A DNA stretch of 64,000 nucleotides, taken from the human T2T-CHM13v2.0 reference genome, Homo sapiens. The notes beneath the pieces are model-generated. The model did not search any database. It saw only the letters and a list, made by a program, of their open reading frames with translations, and was not told the DNA's origin. The position numbers were made by a program, and so were the translations under genes. Within the stretch, counting starts at the first letter, position 1, and each line of letters starts with the position of its first letter. The stretch lies in the NCBI RefSeq assembly GCF_009914755.1, contig NC_060931.1, one strand, 5' to 3'. Below are positions 26,627 through 38,756 of the stretch, piece after piece.

Positions 26627-27328
26627 CCAGAGCCACCCTGGGTTCGCCATTCACAGCCCCAGAGCCACCCTGGGTTCCCCATTCACAGCCCCAGAGCCAC
26701 CCTGGGGTCCCCATTCACAGCCCCAGAGCCACCCTGGGGTCCCCATTCACAGCCCCAGAGCCACCCTGGGTTCCCCATTCACAGCCCCAGAGCCAACCTG
26801 GGGTCCCCATTCACAGCCCCAGAGCCACCCTGGGGTCCCCATTCACAGCCCCAGAGCCACCCTGGGGTCCCCATTCACAGCCCCAGAGCCACCCTGGGGT
26901 CTCCATTCACAGCCCCAGAGCCACCCTGGGGTCCCCATTCACAGCCCCAGAGCCACCCTGGGTTCCCCATTCACAGCCCCAGAGCCACCCTGGGGTCCCC
27001 ATTCACAGCCCCAGAGCCACCCTGGGGTCCCCATTCACAGCCCCAGAGCCACCCTGGGTTCCCCATTCACAGCCCCAGAGCCAACCTGGGGTCCCCATTC
27101 ACAGCCCCAGAGCCACCCTGGGGTCCCCATTCACAGCCCCAGAGCCACCCTGGGGTCCCCATTCACAGCCCCAGAGCCACCCTGGGGTCTCCATTCACAG
27201 CCCCAGAGCCACCCTGGGGTCCCCATTCACAGCCCCAGAGCCACCCTGGGGTCCCCATTCACAGCCCCAGAGCCACCCTGGGGTCGCCATTCACAGCCCC
27301 AGAGCCACCCTGGGGTCCCCATTCACAG
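26627..27328. repeat. 32-bp VNTR, ~22 copies
   Basis: CCAGAGCCACCCTGGGGTCCCCATTCACAGCC; period 32. Confidence 0.98.
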
Positions 27329-27637
27329 TCCAGTATGCCCCACGTGAGTCTGTGTTGGCTTCTGTCACTTGCAGTCCTGAGTGCTGAGCTGGGCCAGGCC
27401 CCCAACACCTGAGGTCCTTCCCTCCCTCACAGAGTTTTCATGCTCAGTTGTGAGGTATGGTGATGGCCACAGGCCCGAATCCTAACCACCACAGCACAGG
27501 ACTTCTCAAAGAGACCGTCACTGTGTCTCCTGCCCCAACAAGGTGAACAGTTCTGGGATGCTAATCCCCACTCACTCATTCCATCCCCATCCTGGAGCCT
27601 CCTGGACAGATTCCATCATTACCCTCCCTCAGGAGGA

Positions 27638-28292
27638 GGCAGTGCTGAGGGTGGCCCACGTCACTGCACCCCTGGGTGGTCCCTGAGGGCACTGCTGAGG
27701 GTGGCCCACGTCACTGCACCCCTGGGTGGTCCCTGAGGGCAGTGCTGAGGGTGGCCCACGTCACTGCACCCCTGGGTGGTCCCTGAGGGCAGTGCTGAGG
27801 GTGGCCCACGTCACTGCACCCCTGGGTGGTCCCTGAGGGCACTGCTGAGGGTGGCCCACGTCACTGCACCCCTGGGTGGTCCCTGAGGGCACTGCTGAGG
27901 GTGGCCCACGTCACTGCACCCCTGGGTGGTCCCTGAGGGCAGTGCTGAGGGTGGCCCACGTCACTGCACCCCTGGGTGGTCCCTGAGGGCAGTGCTGAGG
28001 GTGGCCCACGTCACTGCCCCCCTGGGTGGCCCCTGAGGGCAGTGCTGAGGGTGGCCCACGTCACTGCACCCCTGGGTGGCCCCTGAGGGCAGTGCTGAGG
28101 ATGGCCCACGTCACTGTGCTCCCTGGGTGGTCCCTGAGGGCAGTGCTGAGGGTGGCCCACGTCACTGCACCCCTGGGTGGTCCCTGAGGGCAGTGCTGAG
28201 GGTGGCCCACATCACTGCACCCCTGGGTGGCCCCTGAGGGCAGTGCTGAGGATGGCCCACGTCACTGTGCTCCCTGGGTGGTCCCTGAGGGC
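27638..28292. repeat. 50-bp VNTR, ~13 copies
   Basis: GGCAGTGCTGAGGGTGGCCCACGTCACTGCACCCCTGGGTGGTCCCTGAG; period 50. Confidence 0.98.
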
Positions 28293-30260
28293 CCCCCAGG
28301 CCACATGAGGCCCACCCCCTTCCTGATGTCCAAGAACAAGGGCGTTACTAGCGCTCACGTGCTCCCCTTTGCAGACTAGGTCACAGGATACAGCACGGAT
28401 TCCTTCCGGCAAAAGGTGCTCAGTAAAGTGGATTGCAGCATCCTGTGTCTCCCCTAAAACATCCTCAAACAGAATGGCTGCACCAAGATGTATGGGATCT
28501 GTACCAAGACATGGGTAAAAAGAAGGCCCTGGCATGTTCACCTGATTGTTACTCAAAAGCCCCACAGATGGAGGCTCCATTGAGCATTGACCCTGAGGCC
28601 CTAAGAGTTGCTGCCCGAGGAGAGATGCTCAACATCAGCCGGCACTTCCATCTCCGCTCCCTCTGGCAGGAACAAACTCCACTGAAACAGGCGGCTCTTT
28701 CCCAAGCAGGGGCAGGACTGGCTGGTTGCCGTGTTCCCAGGAAACATGTACAGGGTACCTGCTTCACCCAGGAAGTGCAGGGAGGTTGGAATGAAACCTC
28801 AGAAGGATGGAGAGGCTGCTCAGAAGATGCTGACTGCGGGCCTGCTTCTGGTGTCTGACTGCCGTCTGCACCCAGAATCTGCCCGTCAATTTTGTCTTCA
28901 ATGATTTTGAAACTCCTGGGGGTGAGGGAGCTGGAGACAAATAGTGACTTAGAGTCCCATAACACATTTGTCCCCATCACCCCATTGGATCTCAGGGCTG
29001 CCTGTGAGCCAGGCTGTGCAGGAAGGAAGGTGCCAGAGCTGCTGCCTAAGGTGCCCTAGGGACAGGAGAGCCCCTGCCTCCTGCCGGCCACTGGATCCAC
29101 GCCCAGTGGATCAGTCGCTCATCACCGGCCAGGCCAGTGCCTCGCCTCACCTCACCCAGCCTCACAGTTCAGATGAGGAAACAGACACAGAAGGAGCAAG
29201 TAGCTGGATTCTAGGCTATCAACAAAATGCCAAAGGCAGAAAAAACCCTGATTTTCCAAAAGGGAAAAAAATGTTGGAATACAAATCAATTTGTCTGCTG
29301 TTTACCAAAGCTCATTCTCTCCCCCAGCGTTTCCAAATCCCACCCGGCACACCTGTGGCCCATTCAGGTGCCAGTTCCGTCAACTGCCTGGAAATCCCTG
29401 CAGAGAACAACGGCACACCTGAGCCTCTTCCAGAGCCCACAGTTATCCCATTACGAAATGAAAAGCTGCTTTGGGGAATGCTGTGTTGATGTGTCAGCAT
29501 CAAACTGTTATGCGGGAGGCAGAAGGACCTCACCGACGGCATCTCTCGCCACCTCGAGGGCACGGGTGAGGTGCAGGAGGAACTCGTGCTACCACCTCCA
29601 CCCACCCCCAGGGGTTCTGCCCCTTCAGAAGGAGGGTCCAGGAGGGGGACTCACCCGCTGGCACCATTGGCCACTGCACACTATTCCCCAGCTCCCTCCT
29701 ACTGCACCCCATGAGCCACCCTCAGTTGGGCCCCATCCCTGAGTCCCTTTTGGGTTCCTAATTGTTGGGCACAGTCTAAGCCCAGGGCTCCCTGCAGGCC
29801 TGCAGCTGTCTGGGGCGACTCGTACACTGTACCTGCTTTCCTTCGTTGCTCACACAGCAGCCGACACAGTCACTCAAAACTCCCATTTGTGAAAGTAAGT
29901 GGCCTTTTAAAGAATGCTAAAACATTACGGGCACTTTAGCCCCGCGTTTCTTACTACACGAAACATGGTTACCTACGAGTGAAATGGCAGAAGGAATGAC
30001 CTTATTAACGCCTCATCCTTCTCAAGGGCAAGAGAGTGCAACTCAACAACTCCATGTGAACACCTGCCCTGGCATGCAGGCAGCCGGGCCAGTCCACAGC
30101 CAGTCACGGCCCCACGGGAGGAGCCTTCTGAGTGACAGATATCATTTTCATTCAGGGGGGCTTGAACTCTGGCCATCAGAAGAGCTGGTTACTACAAAGG
30201 TAGCAGAACAGGAAGTACTGAGAAGAAAGTGCACCTTTCTGACCACCCACTCCCAGCCCA

Positions 30261-31128
30261 GCTCCCCTCCTGTCCGCTCCCCTCCTGTCCGCTCCCCTCC
30301 TGACCGCTCCCCTCCTGTCCGCTCCCCTCCTGTCCGCTCCCCTCCTGTCCGCTCCCCTCCTGACCGCTCCCCTCCTGTCCGCTCCCCTCCTGTCCGCTCC
30401 CCTCCTGACCGCTCCCCTCCTGTCCGCTCCCCTCCTGACCGCTCCCCTCCTGTCCGCTCCCCTCCTGTCCGCTCCCCTCCTGACCGCTCCCCTCCTGTCC
30501 GCTCCCCTCCTGTCCGCTCCCCTCCTGACCGCTCCCCTCCTGACCGCTCCCCTCCTGACCGCTCGCCTCCTGTCCGCTCCCCTCCTGTCCGCTCCCCTCC
30601 TGACCGCTCCCCTCCTGTCCGCTCCCCTCCTGACCGCTCCCCTCCTGTCCGCTCCCCTCCTGTCCGCTCCCCTCCTGACCGCTCCCCTCCTGTCCGCTCC
30701 CCTCCTGACCGCTCCCCTCCTGACCGCTCCCCTCCTGTCCGCTCCCCTCCTGACTGCTCCCCTCCTGTCTGCTCCCCTCCTGTCCGCTCCCCTCCTGACC
30801 GCTCCCCTCCTGACCGCTCGCCTCCTGTCCGCTCCCCTCCTGTCCGCTCCCCTCCTGACCGCTCCCCTCCTGTCCGCTCCCCTCCTGACTGCTCCCCTCC
30901 TGTCCGCTCCCCTCCTGTCCGCTCCCCTCCTGACCGCTCCCCTCCTGACCGCTCGCCTCCTGTCCGCTCGCCTCCTGTCCGCTCCCCTCCTGACCGCTCC
31001 CCTCCTGTCCGCTCCCCTCCTGACTGCTCCCCTCCTGTCCGCTCCCCTCCTGTCTGCTCCCCTCTTGACTGCTCCCCTCCCTGCCAGCTACCCTCCTGTC
31101 CGCTCCCCTCCTGACCACTCCCCTCCCT
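30261..31128. repeat. 15-bp VNTR, ~57 copies
   Basis: GCTCCCCTCCTGWCC; two main variants (TGTCC/TGACC). Confidence 0.98.
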
Positions 31129-32869
31129 GGCCAGCTACTCTGGAGCAAACTTACACAAGCACACAGCAGGACCCAAGGATCAGCTTCGATAGGCATTTTC
31201 CAGAAGTGCATTAGAATGGCTGCTTCACCCTCCTGTGATGATGCCTGGACCCTGAGGTGGGTCAGGCCCCTCCCGTGCTGCAGCCGATTCGTGGCTGGAT
31301 TAAACTTCTTATTGCCCCCTGAAGGTGAGGTCAGGCAGCAGAAGCATCGTGCAGCTAGGAATAGAAGGCTCTGGGCCCCACACATTTCAGAGAGGCGTAA
31401 TTGGGGTAGGCTGGTATTGGTAATCCTGAGTACAATATTGATTGACAAAAACGAATCACACCTGAGCCTCAAAGCTCTTAGCCCTTCCCTGCAAAGAAAA
31501 CTCTCTCTTAGAATTACCAAATATAGCTTTCAATCCCTTCAATCTAAATGTTTCAGGTGAGAGCAGAGATAGATTTTTCGAATGGAGACATTAACCTTTC
31601 TGAGCTGCAGCTGCCTGGCTCTCTCTGCCTGTTACTCTGTTTCTGGAACATGGCAGCTGCTTTCGCCGCACCAGGGCCTGCGCCAGGCCACCCAGTTACA
31701 GACAGGCCACCCTGGGCCAATAGGCCAGACACTCGCTCCTATTCCGGGTCTCCTAACAGCAGGCCAACAGATCACACCCTGTTAGTATTTAGAATAATCA
31801 AGATTTTTATCAGAAGTTGAAGAGAACAGCAGCATGTATTTCACTCAGGACCCTTCATTTTACAAATAAGAAAACTGAGGTCCTCCACAGCCGTGCTGCC
31901 CACTGGGAGCACCCCCTGCCTCACACCACATCATCCAATACCACGATGCAGATGTGGTCCTCACTCTTGGCCCTGATGGGGCACTCTAGCATCCCACTGT
32001 TTTCCTTAATAGAAAACAACACAATAGAAGTTAAGGTCAGAGTCAAAAGATGACACATCACTCGGGGCTTTATAAAATCCAGGACTCATGTAAACAAGTC
32101 CTAAAACTATGAGTGGACATTCACTTGCTAAGCACAATGTTGAAGTTATGGCTGAAAGCTTACTTTACATTTGCCTAAGACCACACTTGTCATACACACC
32201 TAAAACCATCTGCTGTCTTCTGAGTTCTATTAAAGGACAATGAGAAAACAGCAATTGAAATGGGGTTTCTGGTTCCAAACGGCAGGACAGGAGCAAGCTG
32301 TCTCACCACCCCAGCAGAAACCTGAAAGCAAACATGCAGTGCTGAGATGCTGAGATGGTCACCAGCAACATCTGAGAACCCAGAGGTGAGGATGAGTCAG
32401 GTCCTGGGGCCACCAGGAACAGAAAAACCCCGAACAGACAGACAGCAGGAGAACCAGACCCCCACATCTGCAAGGCCCCTCCCCATAACCTGCCTGGCAT
32501 CCAGTACACAAAAGATTTTCCCTTGACACAGTTTCTACACTTAGAAAGGTGAGATAACAACAGCTTGCCCTGCTCTTGGGTGCCCTGGCAGGAGACCTCT
32601 CCCTGCCTCAACCCATGGGGAGCATCCTGAGTGCCTGAAGGGAGAAACAGCCCTGAGGATGGCCAGAGACAAAGGTGGGGGTGGGGCTACTGTCCCCAGC
32701 CCTGGAAACTCTGCTCTGCAACTCGGCCAAAGGAGGCACTCAATCAGAGTGGCCACTCGCAGCCCCACGCTGCAGGGCCTGTGCTCCCAGGTCCCCTCCC
32801 AGCCTTCCCACGTTATCAGGACATCCCCTTTGGGACATCTGCTTTGGGACAGGCAGCACTTTCATCAGT

Positions 32870-33950
32870 GACCAGAGCTGAGTTGAACCTGGGCTTAAGG
32901 CGCCATCTAGTGCCAAAAAGGAGGCTGCAACCTAGCAAGAAAACACTCCACAGGTAAATCACAAAGAATCTTTAAGCAAACATACCCCAGAAAAACCAAA
33001 ACACCCAGACAGAGAAGAGATAAATAAATAACCGTTCAGTGCCAAGACACAGACACACATCAACAAACCAGAAAGCAGCAGACGGGACCATGGCCTCCCC
33101 AAACGGACAAAGCCAAGAACCAGTGACTGGCCCAACAAAGTGGCGATTTGTGAGCTCTCATCAAGAAATCAAAATGGCAGCCCTAAGGAAACTCGGTGAT
33201 CCCCAAGATAACACCAGGAAATCAATTCAGAAAGTTAACAACAAGATTGAAATAATTTTTAAAAATCAGACAGAAGTCTTGAAACAAAAATACATTTAGC
33301 GAAATGAGGAAATTCATGACAAGCTCCCAACAGCAGAGTGGCTTAAGCAGAGGAAAGAATCAGTGAGCTCAAATACACAATCAGAGGAGGAAAAAGAACA
33401 AAGAATGAAAGACAACCTACAAGATAGAGAAAATTACCTCAAAACACCAAATCCAAGAATTATTGGTGTTCAAGAGGGAGCTGAGTGAGAACAAGAGGTA
33501 CCAAACTTACTCAAAGAAACAGTAACAGAAAACTTTCTGAAACTTGAGAAAGGTATAGATAACCAGATTCGGGAAAGTCAGAGAACACCAGATTCAACCC
33601 AAATATGACCACCTCAGGCTTTTAATAATTAAACTGTCAAAGCTCAAGGGCAAAGAGAAGACCCCAAAGGAAGCAAATAACATCTAAAGGAGCTCCAATT
33701 TGTTTGTCAACAGACATCTCAATGGAAAACATACAGACCAGGAGAAAATGGGATGATACTTTCGGAGTCTTGAAAGGAAAAAAAAAAAATCTGTCACCCA
33801 AGAATACTGTATCCAGCAAAGCTACCCTTCAAATACAAAGAAGAGATAAATTCTTTCCCAGACGAACAAAAGCTGAGAGAATTCATCACCACCAAACCCA
33901 CCTTACAATAAATGCTGAAGAGATCTCTTCATTCAGAAAGAACAAAAATA
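32870..33950 (+). mobile_element. Old L1M 5' region / ORF1 remnant
   Basis: ORF 33704-34060 STDISMENIQTRRKWDDTFGVLK resembles the L1 ORF1p segment TADLSAETLQARREWGPIFNILK; AAGCAGAGGAAAGAATCAGTGAGCTC is typical ORF1 sequence; frameshifted. Confidence 0.85.
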
Positions 33951-33974
33951 CATCGAATGGGGCACTAAGAGGGC

Positions 33975-34110
33975 AGATTCTCATTCCACCTTGCCACCAG
34001 CCTGCTGTGCAAACTTGGGCAAATCACTTCACTTCTCTGTGCTTCCATTTCCTAAATTGAGACCAATGAATTCAGTATTTTCTAGGATCCTTTCCAATCA
34101 AATGTTCTGT
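33975..34110 (+). mobile_element. MIR fragment
   Basis: GCTGTGCAAACTTGGGCAAATCACTTCACTTCTCTGTGCTTCCATTTCCT. Confidence 0.75.
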
Positions 34111-37100
34111 GTTTGCATGATGATAGCTAGGGTGCTGCAGCATAAGTGTCTGTAATTTAGCTTTTGTGAGCTGTGAACATTGCCTGCCTCTCTCTCACTC
34201 TCCTGCCAGCTGCTCACACTGTGTCATCTGTCCGTTTGTGTCAACAGAGAACTGAGGAAATGCAACTGCAGTGCAGCCCTGCAATGGGCTGGCCACCAGC
34301 AACAACGGCAGGAGAGGCAGGAGCAGTCAGGCAGGCTGGGCCCCAGAAGCACGCAGTGGAGAAGCCCGCAGCAGTGCGGAGGGATGTCCTTATGAGCCAG
34401 GACAGAGTCCCCTCATTTGCTGGACTCTGCAGAACTACACTGGCTGCATCCAAAACCCAGTACTCACCACCAGATGGCAACAGGGAGAATCTGCGTGCAC
34501 AGGAGCCAGCCTGAAGGAAGCATCCAGGGAACGCAGGGGAAGAGCGTGAGCGTGAACCCCAAGATGATGGGGTGAGACCTCGCTCACAGGCAGATGCGAA
34601 TCCTCCACGTGGGGATGCGGGAAGGCTGTTCTTGCCAAAGGCTGATGATGACCCTGCTGCCTCTCTGCTTATCTGCCCTCGAAACAGAATGTGGTTCCAG
34701 GCGCCACCACCCAGCCTAGCAGCCGTCATGGGCCCACAGTGATTGAGCCCTCAATCAAAGCTTTTTTATTATTATGGAAAATTACAAGTTTTTTCACAAT
34801 GAGTTTTCACACACATATAAATCAATGGAAAATGTCTTCTTGGCTGTCTTTATGGTATTTAAGTAAATGATTAAAGTTTTCACAGTTGGGATAAAGGACA
34901 TCCAATGTAAAAGACTGCCATTTCTGAAAATAAAGACAATACAAGCTGGTCATCACTGTTGACAAAAATTTCCTCGGGAATCTAAAATAACCAACAAGTC
35001 ACTCATTTCCCTTTGTCTAACCTACTACATGCATTTTTTATTTATAAAGCCCCACTCAACTTATCTTTTTCCCCTTTCATCCTGAATTCTGGGAGCTCAA
35101 AGGCAACCTTAAGGCTTAGTTGCAGGAACTCTGTTGACCTTGTGGGAACATTTGCTTCTTTTTCCTTCCCTATCACATTCCCACTTCAAATTCATCAACT
35201 CATAGAGTATCTTTTTGTTGCTTCCTTGGGTTTTTTTGGACAAGGAAAGTTGAACATAATCAAAAACAACAGTGGTGAAGTCCTCACCCAACACTGCCAG
35301 CAATCTGTGGAGCACAGGGCTTCCCACCCGGCAGATAAGAACCCCATGCACACCTCTTAAATAAACAGGCTGATGCTGAGCAGGCACCACCATCCAGGCA
35401 CCATGCTGAGCGCTGTGCGTAAAGAAAATACAAAGATCAGCCAGACAGAGCCTGTGCTGCAAGGAGCCCACATTTTATTTGAGGGGCCAGATAGGTCACA
35501 ATTCATAACATAACAAAGCAAAAGGTGAAAAGAGCTAAAAAAAAAAAAAGTAGAAATAATTTCTGATAAATTTTCTCTTAGCTTTTCTATGGGGAAATCA
35601 GGAGAAATGGACTGACTGGGAGAAAGCTTCTGGGGACCAAGTAAAACCCATCACGATCATCATCGAAACTGTGGCTGGGAAGATCCTGGGCCCCAGCACA
35701 GGGTCAGGTGGGCTCTGTGCTGGCCGGGAGAGCGGCCTCCGTCTGGCTACCAGGCCTCTCTGGACTGCAGAGTTAGTTTTTCTGCAAGTAACAGAGTGGA
35801 ACCCAATGGCAGGAACATCTCCAATTCCGAAATTCCATGGTCCTGTGCAAACAACCAGAAAATAGAAACCAAGATTTGAGGACGGAAGAGGAACCGGACG
35901 AATGATGTGAACACGGGGCTTGTTTGCAGGTAGAGTTTACTGGGGGAAAGCATCCACATTACATAAAAGAGAAAGGAGACAAAACGACGCCCGGCAGTGG
36001 GTGCCCGGCTTGCAGGCCTCTGCGGCAGGTCTGTGGGTTCCCTGGCCCAGCGGCACCACCCAAAGGCGAGGGCCAGGCTGTCGTTGACGCCCTGTGGCAG
36101 CACCTCAGTGATTTCAGGGGTGGTTTTGACTCTTTCTGTGGAGGTGACAGGAGGTGCCTCCATCACAGACACAAATGGTGGCTTCCTGGCTTGCTCGGTA
36201 GACGCCAGGCTATGCTCACCCCAAGGCCAGACCCCGGACAAGGCCAGGGGCTGGCCCAACACTGGCCTTCAGGGTGCTGGGCAACCTGCATTTGCTGCGC
36301 AGCCCAGGCCCACCCAAATCACTGAGGGCGTCACACAGGCACCGTCAGCTGCGGGTGCTAAGAAAAGCGGCAGGAGAGGAGGAAGGCAGCTTATCTGTGC
36401 AGCCGTCAGCCATCAGCAAGCCTGCAGCAGCCACTGCCAAGCAACCGGGACCCAGCTCTTATGTCCCGTAAGGTTCCAGGGACCATTCCGGGGAGAAAGA
36501 AGGGCCTGGTCCCAGGGCAGGAAGCTCACAAGGCAGGAGGCGCATTGCGTCCAGCAGGGGTGTCCCATTGGGACAGTGGCGGCTCTCAGAACCCAGCCGC
36601 CAGCCCTCAACTCTGGCTCACCGTCCCACCACCAACTAGAGGGCCCCGGCCAAGCCAAGGGCAAAGTAGGGGACACACTTACAATCAGGGGTGCATGGGG
36701 CTCCTCCCCTCCCCTTGTGTGTGCATGTCTCTGTTTCTCTCTTTCTGTCTCTGTCTCTCTCTTTTTCTCTCTCTGGCCCTCCCACAAGGCTTAAGGTGGC
36801 TCCTTAGAATGGAAGGCCCAACTTTGTGAGTTACTCGAATACATGAACTCAGCCCAGGACAGTGGGAACAGCAGCCCGGCTCACCCCTGCAGGCGGGGAC
36901 TGGGTGCCCAGCAAGCCTCGGGAGGCTGCCCCAAACCAACCACAGGGAGACCTGAGACGCCCTACGCCCACCTTTCTTCCGGCCTGGTCTTAAACTGGTG
37001 GGAGGGGCGTGGGCTGAGGTAGCCATGGGGGGCCCTCTTTCCTGCCCTCAGCTTCACCTTTTTCAGGAGCATGGCCTGGAAGCTCAGCCATTCTCAGAAG

Positions 37101-37214
37101 GATGGGCTGGAGGAGGGCTGCAGGCGGCTCTGCCCTTCCTGGCCTCCAGAGACACACTGAAAGCCCAGTTATCACAATATTCGGCCGACGGAAATGGTTT
37201 CATGAAAATTTACC

Positions 37215-37700
37215 AGACTTGAAAGCAATGACTCAAAGAAATACGTGTATGTACCCCCACGCACACAGCATGTTATTCACAGAAGCCAGACACAGAAACA
37301 ACCCAGGCGCCCAGCAGCTGAGGGGTGGAGAAACAGAACGTGGTCTATTTACACGACAGAATGGGACTCAGCCTCAGAAAGGAAGGAGACGCTGACACAG
37401 TCCACACCTGCACCAGCCCTGAGCACGCGGTGCTGCCTTTAGCGTTCGGCTGCAGCCGGGCACATGCTCCGATTGCACTGATACGTGGCCCCCAGATGGT
37501 CAGGTTCACAGAAGGTACACTGAGTGCAGCCAGGGCCTTGGGGAGGGGGAGTCAGCATTAATGCGCACAGAGGTTCTGTTTGGAATAGAAAGTTGGCAGG
37601 TGGATGGTGGTGATGGCTACACAGCAGTGTGAATATCCTTTATACCACTGAACTATATCCCTAAATGGTTAAAATGGTCATTCTTATGTATAAGTTACTG
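37215..37700 (+). mobile_element. L1MB-like 3' end
   Basis: TGAAAGCAATGACTCAAAGAAATACGTG...GGATGGTGGTGATGGCTACACAGCAGTGTGAATATCCTTTATACCACTGAACT...AAATGGTTAAAATGGT. Confidence 0.8.
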
Positions 37701-38756
37701 AAAGTCTTTAAGAAGTGATAAAAGGTTTACTGAATAAATGAGAAACTGGATGGGAGGGACGCCATCCCCACTCTAAGGAGTCTGGACTGTGAGGTTGATG
37801 ATGAGCATGACCTCAAGGCCCCAGCATAGCTAATCCAACCACAGGAAGGCAGGCAGCATCTGGGAGGCCCCATCAGCAAGGCCATGGCCGGCGAGTCCCT
37901 GCTCAGACCCCAGAAATCCAAAGTGATTCACGCACAGGTGGGAAGACGCTATCAATACTCACAACTTTAACCAGACACAAGTCTACAGAGGCGACCATCA
38001 CTAACGTTGAAAATGTCTTGGCTTCTGATTTGAATAGGATCAGACCTCAAGCACGAAATGAATGCTTTAAATAGTGGATGTTTTTTCAAGAAACTTAATT
38101 TGGTATCACATTGGCCAAGAGGTCATTTGGCGAGGCCAACACACAGTCACAAAGGAAAGGTGGTCCTCAGTGCCACCCAGGCACTCCGCTCGGCCAGCCG
38201 GGGGGACCCAGCTGGAGCCATAAAAGGACTGCTCCCAGGTCAACACGAAGGCCTGCCCAAGGACTCCTGCGGCCTTCAAAGATTTGCAGCCTGAGGACAA
38301 CTTTCAGCAACACCGCGACACTCTAGGTTGTTTTTTCAAAGATTAAACATAATAATAATTCTGTAAAACCAACATGGGTCATCATTAATTACTGCACCGT
38401 GACCATGGCTATTTAAAAACCCAGCCTCAGCACAGTAGCTGACAAACATTAATGAGCAGTAATGTACACGTGGTGTTGTCGATGAACGGATAATGAAAGC
38501 AATTTATTTGAAAATTAAAACATGATTAAGAATGGCAGCCCAAGCGAGAGCCCAGATGCCTGAAGAAGGCATTCCTGATGGAATAGCCTTCTTCCTCTGA
38601 CAGTTTTTAATATACAGCACCTTAGCTTGGCCCCTCCTTGGTGCCCAAGACCTAACACTGGAGATGTCAGCTGTGGAGAGTGAGAAGACAAGCCCCTCAG
38701 TGGGACATCTCACAGCGCTCCTTAAGAGCAGCGTGTGAAGGGGACACGGACGCTGC

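Noticed and set aside
26508-27412. Three overlapping Pro-rich ORFs (269-285 aa), and similar ORFs at 53099-53827 and 57528-58499
   Set aside because: Multiple frames are open because the VNTR units lack stop codons; no coding evidence.
29984-31520. Extensin-like (RSPPV)n and (EGSGQ)n ORFs
   Set aside because: Product of a stop-free 15-bp repeat, open on both strands; flanking residues resemble no known protein.
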